NCBI GenBank assembly: GCA_020057405.1
Contig: JAGVFW010000010.1
Span: 1-30,389, forward strand
Reading direction: 5' to 3'
Source: an archaeon
GTDB taxonomy: Archaea > Micrarchaeota > Micrarchaeia > Norongarragalinales > UBA97
DNA: 30,389 bases
Made by a program: the position numbers and the translations under genes. Under the pieces are notes generated by a model. That model was not told where the DNA came from and made no database searches. It was given only the letters and a program-made list of their open reading frames with translations. Below, piece by piece: positions 24,013 to 30,389 of the stretch; positions within the stretch are counted from its first letter, which is position 1; each line of letters begins with the position of its first letter.

Positions 24013-25802
24013 CCGCCGATGTGTGTCTCGTCGCCTTCGTGCTTGCCTATCGAGGGCAGGCCGCCCGTGCTTGCCGAATCGCCTTCAGTTTGGATAATCG
24101 TTTCCTCAGTAGTCGTGGTCTTGTTCTGTCCCTCGCCTTCCTCGACTTGCGAGCGGAGCTTGCGGAGTTTTGCGATGTACTGCTGCCTGCTGCGTTCCTC
24201 TGGCGTTGTTGCCGTTGAGGCGTGGCGGTAGTAGAACATTGCCGCGCCGACAAAGAGGATGAAAATGAATATGGCTAGCTGGCCTGAGAGCGCGCCAATG
24301 AACAGGCCGCTGATGCCGCTTCCGCGCTTGAAGGCTGGAAGCTTTGCGGATGCGATTTGGACGCCGTTGCTCTTTGCAATCACTTGAGCGCTTGTCGCCT
24401 CATCGTCGGTGCTGGGGTTGACCGTGAGCTTGATTTCCTTCTCCGAGTGGGCGGGAACGTCAATGACTTCCGACGACTGGTTCCATCCCGGGGGCAGGCC
24501 TGTTGCATAAAGAGTCACTGCAGGCAGGGCGTTGTCGCCCGTGTTAGCGACTTTAGCGGTAAAGACGAGGGCGCCAGATGATTGCTGGGGTTCTGAAACC
24601 GACATTGACGCGGTGCCGCTGCAAGTGCCGACGCGTATGAGCACGGTGCCGCTGCCAACAAGGCTGTTCCCAAACGCACTAACGTAGACGAGGTTGTCGC
24701 CTGCCTTTAGCGCGCTTGTTGGGATTGCAATCGGGAATTCTGCTGACAGGCCCGACTCGATTCGAAGCGAGCGGGTGAACACTGGGGTGCTGCCAAGGCG
24801 CGCTTCTACGTTAAAGTCGCCTGCGCGGTTGCCCTTGTTTTCAAGCTGGGCCTCGACGTTGAGCACTTGCGGTAACCTGCAGTCAAGCAAGTCAATGCCA
24901 GCGGCAGTGATTGCCGGGAGCGTGAGGACTGCCTCTTGCGGGCTGCCCCGGACCTCGACGGTCCATTTGTTTTCAAAAAGCTGGAGAGTGCCGCTAAACG
25001 CGCGAAGAGTGACTTGGTGGATGCCTGCACTTGCGCTTGGTGCGGCGCGCACGACGAACGTCGCCTTTGTCGAAGCCGCGCGGTCTAGCTCAAAGTCGGC
25101 AATAGCGGGCGTCACCGTGAGTGCGCCGTCGTCGCTCTCGGCGGTGAGCTTGAAGTTGCCTGCAGCGCCGGTGTTGCGCACGCGGTATGTTGCGACAAGG
25201 GCGTCGCCGCCGCTTAGGGTATCGTAGTTGCACATAGCGTCAGTGCAAAATAGGGGAGTGCTGCGCGTCACTTCAAGCGACTTGCGCGTGGGTGAGTAGA
25301 TGCTTGCAAAATCGATGCGCGAGTTGACGCTGTCGCAGCCGGTCTCGCCGCAGTTGCCAATAGGATTGTAGGCTTTGGTGAAGTCCTGCTCGAGCCTGGT
25401 AGAGCCGCACGTCTCGCCGGGGCACGGCGTGATTGAAACGGCGAGGAGCTTGCTTTTGGACTGGCAGTTGCTGCCGCCGGGACTGCAGACGCTTGCAAAT
25501 ACGCGAACCTGCACTACGCCCTGCATGCAGGAGAGCGCTGAAATGTGAAGATTGGTGCCCTTAGCCCCGTTGCCATCGATAGTGAGCTGGCTTGCGTCAA
25601 AAACGCCTGTGAGGTCCCAAGTGGAGGCACTAAAGAAGACCGTGTCGCCGGCATTGGCGCCGGAGACCCAGACGGGTAGGGTGCCGCCGCTGCAGGGGGT
25701 GACTTCAAGAGTAGTTGCGCCAACGCCCATGTCGAAGGCGTAAACTGCCGAGAATGCGAACAAGAAAGCAACAGCGAACAAAGTAAACCGCAATTCTACC
25801 AC
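24009..25802 (-). CDS. Cys-rich cell-surface protein with Ig-like (CARDB/NEW3-type) domains and a C-terminal TM anchor
   Basis: Signal peptide (FTLFAVAFLFAFSAVYA); beta-rich repeats (VRNTG, LENKGNRAGDF, VANTGD..GLPPGW); TM segment LAIFIFILFVGAAMFYY. Confidence 0.82.
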   Translation of the reverse strand: MVELRFTLFAVAFLFAFSAVYAFDMGVGATTLEVTPCSGGTLPVWVSGANAGDTVFFSASTWDLTGVFDASQLTIDGNGAKGTNLHISALSCMQGVVQVRVFASVCSPGGSNCQSKSKLLAVSITPCPGETCGSTRLEQDFTKAYNPIGNCGETGCDSVNSRIDFASIYSPTRKSLEVTRSTPLFCTDAMCNYDTLSGGDALVATYRVRNTGAAGNFKLTAESDDGALTVTPAIADFELDRAASTKATFVVRAAPSASAGIHQVTLRAFSGTLQLFENKWTVEVRGSPQEAVLTLPAITAAGIDLLDCRLPQVLNVEAQLENKGNRAGDFNVEARLGSTPVFTRSLRIESGLSAEFPIAIPTSALKAGDNLVYVSAFGNSLVGSGTVLIRVGTCSGTASMSVSEPQQSSGALVFTAKVANTGDNALPAVTLYATGLPPGWNQSSEVIDVPAHSEKEIKLTVNPSTDDEATSAQVIAKSNGVQIASAKLPAFKRGSGISGLFIGALSGQLAIFIFILFVGAAMFYYRHASTATTPEERSRQQYIAKLRKLRSQVEEGEGQNKTTTTEETIIQTEGDSASTGGLPSIGKHEGDETHIGG

Positions 25803-25848
25803 CCTTAAGAGATTAGGCCCACTGCCGCTATTTAAGCATTACTATTTG

Positions 25849-25915
25849 TTACTTCTTGCCAGTAAATACATTTAAATAAGTCGGGCGGCTTAATTACTTT
25901 ACAACTCGAGGTTGT
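25849..25915. promoter_or_regulatory. Inverted repeats flanking a TATA box upstream of the second TrmB gene
   Basis: TTACT-7-AGTAA (25849-25865), TTTAAATA (25871-25878), ACAAC-TCGAG-GTTGT (25901-25915). Confidence 0.45.
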
Positions 25916-25983
25916 TACTCTTGAATGATAGAAACGACGAAGATAGGCTTAATAATGCGGGTGCAGTGAGACCTAGGATTGCC

Positions 25984-26730
25984 ATGCCGGCTAATCCCGA
26001 TGTGTTAAATTCGCTGCGCAGGCTGGGCCTTAACCAGTACGAGGCTAAGGCTTACTATGCCCTCTCGACTACTGGCAAGAATACGGCTGGCGAGCTTTCA
26101 GAGCGCGCAGAGTTGCCGCGCCCCCGCGTTTACGACGTCCTGGCGAGCCTGCAGAACAAGGGCTTTGTCGCAGTGCAGCCCGGCAGGCCGGTAACTTACA
26201 CTTCGCTTCCAGTTTACGAGGCAATCAAGACGCTACGAAAGCAGAGGCAGGAGGAGCTTTCAGGCGAGCTTGCCAAGATTGACGAAGTTGGCGGCGAGCT
26301 TGCAACCAAGCTCTCAGCCGCCGGCGCCCTCCCCTCGTTTGCTTCTGAGGCAGTCTGGACGCTTAAGGGCCGCGAGGCCATCTATTCCAAGCTCGCCTCA
26401 ATGATTGAGGAGTCCAAAAAGCACGTCATGCTCTCAACAAGCGCAGCCGGACTCCACCGCAAGCTAGGCGAGTACGGAAAAGTCCTTGAGAAGGCTAAAG
26501 GCCGTGGCGTCAAGATAAGCATTTTTGCGCCCACCGACCGAATCAAGGCCGGTGACTTCGCGAAAATCGCGAAAGTCAATCCAATCGAGCTTCCGACGCG
26601 CTTTGCAGTCGCGGACGACCAATCGCTTCTCTTCCTGACTCCCGAAGGCACTCACGCCGACGAGGAGCTCGCCCTCTGGCTCCACAACCCCCACGTTTCC
26701 TCTACCCTTCGCCAAGTAGTGCGCGAGTAA
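25984..26730 (+). CDS. TrmB-family regulator (TrmBL2-like)
   Basis: LGLNQYEAKAYYAL...LPRPRVYDVLASL..KGFV....GRP..Y; coiled-coil; VWTLKGR..IY. Start ATG 25984 inferred. Confidence 0.9.
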   Translation: MPANPDVLNSLRRLGLNQYEAKAYYALSTTGKNTAGELSERAELPRPRVYDVLASLQNKGFVAVQPGRPVTYTSLPVYEAIKTLRKQRQEELSGELAKIDEVGGELATKLSAAGALPSFASEAVWTLKGREAIYSKLASMIEESKKHVMLSTSAAGLHRKLGEYGKVLEKAKGRGVKISIFAPTDRIKAGDFAKIAKVNPIELPTRFAVADDQSLLFLTPEGTHADEELALWLHNPHVSSTLRQVVRE

Positions 26731-26795
26731 AGCCAAACGCAGCTTTTTTTAACCCCGTGTTGCAACACTCTCTTTACCAACGGGGGTGACGATGA

Positions 26796-27128
26796 TTGGT
26801 TAGCGAACTTGTTGACTTTGTCGCGCGCATTGCGACCGTTGCGCTTACCCCTATCGTCATCTTCTATGCTTTGGCTGCAATGCACAGTTCGGCGGCGAAA
26901 AAGAGCAGGGAATACAACGGCAGCTTTTGGATAATCATCGTCGCGGCGGTCCTTCTAAGCGCCGGCGAGCTGATTTCAGTCTACGCGCAGATTTACGGTA
27001 TGCCGCAAGTAGCGTCCGTCTCAGCAGTCGTCAGGCTGGTCGTGTTCTTGCTGCTTTTGTGGAAACTGCGCGAAAAGACGAAAGAAAGCGTCTTTGAGCA
27101 CCTGAAAAAGAGGAGGCGGAGTAAATGA
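26796..27128 (+). CDS. Hypothetical membrane protein (about 3 TM)
   Basis: GGGGTGA SD; hydrophobic segments; basic tail. Confidence 0.7.
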   Translation: MVSELVDFVARIATVALTPIVIFYALAAMHSSAAKKSREYNGSFWIIIVAAVLLSAGELISVYAQIYGMPQVASVSAVVRLVVFLLLLWKLREKTKESVFEHLKKRRRSK

Positions 27129-27571
27129 ACAAACTCAAGCTAGGGGCAATGAGCTTTCTCCTCTACCTGATTGTCGAATTCGCGTTCAACTCGGCTTTCG
27201 AGGCAGTGACTGGCGGCCGTCTCTTCAGCTACTTTCTCCTCCCCATTGCCGATGGCAAGACCAGCCTTGTTTCGCCACTCATCTTCGCCGTTCTAGTGAT
27301 ACTGCTCTTCGACTCGTTCAAGTCAGCCTATGATTCAATCAAGGGCTACCACAACCGCGTGCTTTTCGTAGGCGTTGCCGTTGCATTGCTTGGGCCATTC
27401 TACGAGTGGATGTCGGGCACCGCAATCCGGCTTGCGACCGGCAGTGCCTATTCGCTCTACCTTTTCCTCCCAGTGCTTGAGGGCTACACGAGCCTGCTCT
27501 CGCCAGTATACTTCTTCACAGTCGGGGTAGCTTTCGTCTACTCATGCCGCGCGCTAGGGTTTCTTGATTGA
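27125..27571 (+). CDS. Hypothetical membrane protein with an internal duplication
   Basis: Two similar halves: YFLLPIADGKTSLVSPLIF and YLFLPVLEGYTSLLSPVYF. Confidence 0.75.
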   Translation: MNKLKLGAMSFLLYLIVEFAFNSAFEAVTGGRLFSYFLLPIADGKTSLVSPLIFAVLVILLFDSFKSAYDSIKGYHNRVLFVGVAVALLGPFYEWMSGTAIRLATGSAYSLYLFLPVLEGYTSLLSPVYFFTVGVAFVYSCRALGFLD

Positions 27572-27584
27572 CGGCTAGCAAGAG

Positions 27585-27662
27585 TTAGACGAGCAGGATG
27601 GCGAGCACTATTACTGCAATAGTCCAGGCAAAGTAATCGTCTTCGTGGAATCCGCCGAACAT
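27585..27662 (-). CDS. Putative 25-aa single-TM small protein (not in the ORF track)
   Basis: MFGGFHEDDYFAWTIAVIVLAILLV*, with GTGAT SD upstream; fills the intergenic gap. Confidence 0.5.
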   Translation of the reverse strand: MFGGFHEDDYFAWTIAVIVLAILLV

Positions 27663-27705
27663 AAAAATCACTAACTAAATTATGGTCGCCCTGAGTATTT
27701 AGGCC

Positions 27706-28413
27706 TTAGGCCGTGCTTGCTGAGGGTTCCGGCTTGGGCGCGGGCTCCTCTTCAAGGGGCGGCCGCTGCAGTGACTGCTGGCCCTGCGATTCGTGCTCGG
27801 GCTTTGGCAGGTCGTGCACTTCCTCGGTGTCGAACTCTTCCTTAAGCGCGGTCTTCCAGACTTCGACGCGGCGGATTGGCGTTATCTTGCCGAGTTCCTT
27901 GTGGAGGTCCTGGACGCCCCTGCCGAGTACGATTTCCTTGATGAAATCGCCAAAGTCCTGCGACCTTGACTTGGCCGAGAGTACTTCGACAATCTTTCTG
28001 CGCAGCGACTTGCGCTGGCGCTCTGAGCAGCTGTTCTCGGTCACAACCATGGCCTTGACGCGGAATTCAATTCCGTCCTTTGAGACGGTCATGAAAACGA
28101 CGTCAACGACGTCGCGCCTGCGGCGCACGAGCGAACGCAGGTACTCGCGGGCAATCGAGTGGCCGATGAACTTGGTGTAGGCCTTCTTGCCCTTGATTTC
28201 GTGGATGCGGAGCTTGATTGAAGTGTACATGTGGTTTAAGTCGCGCGTAATCTCCTTTAGCGGGATTTCGATGATGCGGTTCATGAGCGACTCGTCCGCA
28301 AGCGACGGGACTTGGGCCGCTTCGATGTTGTTTAGGAAGTTGGGTGCGATGACCGTGTACCACTTCTTGGCCTTCCACGAATCGACGACTTTCTTGCTAG
28401 CGGGTGCTGCCAT
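27706..28413 (-). CDS. rps3ae: 30S ribosomal protein S3Ae (eS1)
   Basis: DSWKAKKWYTVIAP, TKFIGH..AREYLRSLVRRR, KITPIRRVEVWK. Confidence 0.96.
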   Translation of the reverse strand: MAAPASKKVVDSWKAKKWYTVIAPNFLNNIEAAQVPSLADESLMNRIIEIPLKEITRDLNHMYTSIKLRIHEIKGKKAYTKFIGHSIAREYLRSLVRRRRDVVDVVFMTVSKDGIEFRVKAMVVTENSCSERQRKSLRRKIVEVLSAKSRSQDFGDFIKEIVLGRGVQDLHKELGKITPIRRVEVWKTALKEEFDTEEVHDLPKPEHESQGQQSLQRPPLEEEPAPKPEPSASTA

Positions 28414-28424
28414 TTTCTTTCACC

Positions 28425-28877
28425 TTACTTGACGAGTAGCGCGGCCTGCTCGGGATCGTATTTCCAGGTTGCAGGGAGTTTCTTTCCGCGGTAGTACTTG
28501 ACGAGGCGCTTGATCTTGCTCTCGGTGCGCCGTAAAATCGATTTGTTGTGGATGTCGGTGCCGTTTGTCTTCAAGTGCTTGTGTAGGCCGACTGCGCGCT
28601 TGATTAAGTCCATCAGGTCGCGGGGGTAAGTCCTCGCGACCTTGGCTGCCGTGAGTATTTGTGAAATGGTCTGGCCTGTGATGTTGCGCACGCTTGGCAC
28701 GCCGTGGCCGTCGCGCAGCAGCCGGCCGATGGTCGCCTCGTCGTGGCCCTCGCGTGCCATCTTGATGACGAGGTCGGTGATTTCGTCCTTGCTTAGCTGG
28801 ACCCACGAGGGGGGAGTCTTGGTCGAAGGCTTGCGGCTGCCTGCGTGGCCGTGCTTTCGTGAGTGCATTCTTGCCAT
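28425..28877 (-). CDS. rps15: 30S ribosomal protein S15 (uS15/S13e)
   Basis: MARMHSRKHG..GS.KP, IGRLLRD.HGVP, P.DLMDLIKRAV, ESKIKRLVKYY. Confidence 0.97.
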   Translation of the reverse strand: MARMHSRKHGHAGSRKPSTKTPPSWVQLSKDEITDLVIKMAREGHDEATIGRLLRDGHGVPSVRNITGQTISQILTAAKVARTYPRDLMDLIKRAVGLHKHLKTNGTDIHNKSILRRTESKIKRLVKYYRGKKLPATWKYDPEQAALLVK

Positions 28878-28883
28878 TTTTTC

Positions 28884-30389
28884 TTATACCTTGAGTTCAA
28901 TTGCTATTGTTTCGCCGCCGCGAGCGTTTAGCTCCTCGATTGCCGCAACAGCCTTTAGTTCCTCTTCAATCTTGTGGAAGTCTTTGAGCAAAGTGTCAGG
29001 CAACGCAACCGAGGCAAAGGCGATTTTCGCGTTTAACGCCATTGCATGACCGGCCTTGAATTTGCGCGCTTCTCCCAAAAGAGAATGGAGAACCTCAACA
29101 ATATTGTCTTCGGGCGGATTTATATACTCTTCTTCCGGGGCCGGCCAAGAGCACTGGTGCAGGCTTTCGTGGCCCTCTTCTTTGGCAAACATTTCCCGGT
29201 AAATCTCGTCGGTGACAAAGGGCGCAAACGGCGCAAACAACTTTAGCGTTGTGTTGATGGTGTGGCGCAGGCAGTAGTTTGCAGCCGCCTTGCTCTCCTC
29301 GTCAGTGCCGTAAATTCGGTACTTGACTTCCTCCAGATAGTAGTCGCAGAACTCCTTCCAGAAGAATGACTGCATTGAAGTGATGGCGGAATAGTAGTCG
29401 TAGCCGTTTAGCGCCAAAGTGCAGTCCTTAACGAGCTTGTTGAGCCGGCCCAAAAGCCACTTGTCGGTAGCCCGGAACTTGAGTTTTGAAACGTCCTTCT
29501 CAACCGGCGCCCCTTCGAGGGACTTTTCGACAAACTTTGCCGCGTTCCAAAGCTTGTTCAAAAACGACTGCGAGTAGTCGATGTCCTTGTAATTAAACGG
29601 CCTGTCGCGGGCAAACGCCCCGCTTAGTGCCGCCCACTGGCGCAACGCGTCGGCGCTGTACTTCTTTAGTAGAATCTCGGGGTCCTCGTAGTTCCCTAAG
29701 CTCTTGCTCATCTTCTTGCCGTCTTTCCCAAGCACGCTTCCGTTGATGAGCACTTGCTTGAATGGCGCCTTGCCTGTCAGGGCAAGTGAGCGTGCGATTG
29801 TGTAGAATGCCCACGTGCGGATAATCTCGAGCCCTTGCGGTCGTAAGTTCGCGGGGTAGAGCCGCGAGAAGCTCTTCTCATCGTCGGGCCAGCCTGCAAT
29901 CACCAAGGGCGTGATGCTTGAATCAACCCAGCAGTCGCAGGTGGATGTCTCGCCAGTGACTTTCCCGCCGCAGTCGCACTTGCCTTGCCATTCTTGTGCG
30001 GAAGGGTCAACCGGCAGCTTGCCGTAGTCGGGAGCGTAAGTCTTGCCGCAATCTTCACAGTAGTAGAATGGAATTGGCGTGCCGTAGACGCGCTGCCTTG
30101 AGATGACCCAATCATATTCGATGAAATCCGCCCAGTCGATTAAGTATTGGAGCGCAAATTCGGGAATCCACTGCATTTCCTTTGCGGCAGCCTTGATCTT
30201 GTCCTCGGTTCCCTTGATTTTGACGAACCACTGCATGCTTCGCAAGTATTCAGTTGGCTTGCCGCACCTGTCGTGCACTTTTACGCTTTGGTTTAGTTTC
30301 TCCTGTTTGAGCAGCAGGCCGCCGGCTTTAAGTTCCTCAAGAATGCGCTCGCGCGCCGCTTGGGTTGAGAGCCCGTCATAGCCGGGGCC
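28884..30389 (-). CDS. valS: Valine--tRNA ligase, C-terminal part (start outside the window)
   Basis: QWFV, DWVISRQRVYGTPIP, DCWVDSS, RPQGLEIIRTW, KMSKSLGN, anticodon-binding domain FCDYYLE. Confidence 0.96.
   Translation of the reverse strand, partial: GPGYDGLSTQAARERILEELKAGGLLLKQEKLNQSVKVHDRCGKPTEYLRSMQWFVKIKGTEDKIKAAAKEMQWIPEFALQYLIDWADFIEYDWVISRQRVYGTPIPFYYCEDCGKTYAPDYGKLPVDPSAQEWQGKCDCGGKVTGETSTCDCWVDSSITPLVIAGWPDDEKSFSRLYPANLRPQGLEIIRTWAFYTIARSLALTGKAPFKQVLINGSVLGKDGKKMSKSLGNYEDPEILLKKYSADALRQWAALSGAFARDRPFNYKDIDYSQSFLNKLWNAAKFVEKSLEGAPVEKDVSKLKFRATDKWLLGRLNKLVKDCTLALNGYDYYSAITSMQSFFWKEFCDYYLEEVKYRIYGTDEESKAAANYCLRHTINTTLKLFAPFAPFVTDEIYREMFAKEEGHESLHQCSWPAPEEEYINPPEDNIVEVLHSLLGEARKFKAGHAMALNAKIAFASVALPDTLLKDFHKIEEELKAVAAIEELNARGGETIAIELKV

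Noticed and set aside
1-30389. CRISPR array, tRNA/rRNA genes, IS elements or provirus
   Set aside because: No regularly spaced repeats, cloverleaf motifs, transposase, integrase or viral hallmark genes seen by eye; the intergenic gaps are short.

Overview
Gene-dense archaeal chromosomal segment. Archaeal markers include radA, an archaeal histone, TFB, Rpo4, eL21, eS8, eS1, uS15, Gar1, Trm1 and ValRS. Compact packing, GGTGA/GGAGG ribosome-binding sites and the eS8 N-terminus suggest a DPANN lineage, probably Micrarchaeota-like (inference). Conserved housekeeping blocks are interleaved with orphan or bacterial-type genes. The most unusual elements are: (i) an apparently intact stand-alone half-TBP with only one of the two TBP repeats; (ii) a long RelA/SpoT-like protein (degenerate HD domain, synthetase, TGS-like domain) lying exactly between the helicase and nuclease halves of a split Hef; (iii) a sigma-70-like protein with region 4 placed before a possible region-2-like segment; (iv) tandem, apparently paralogous small membrane proteins behind interlocking palindromes; and (v) a protein built from three helical repeats. 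I saw no CRISPR array, tRNA/rRNA gene or transposase. All calls come from motif recognition by eye; no database searches were run.
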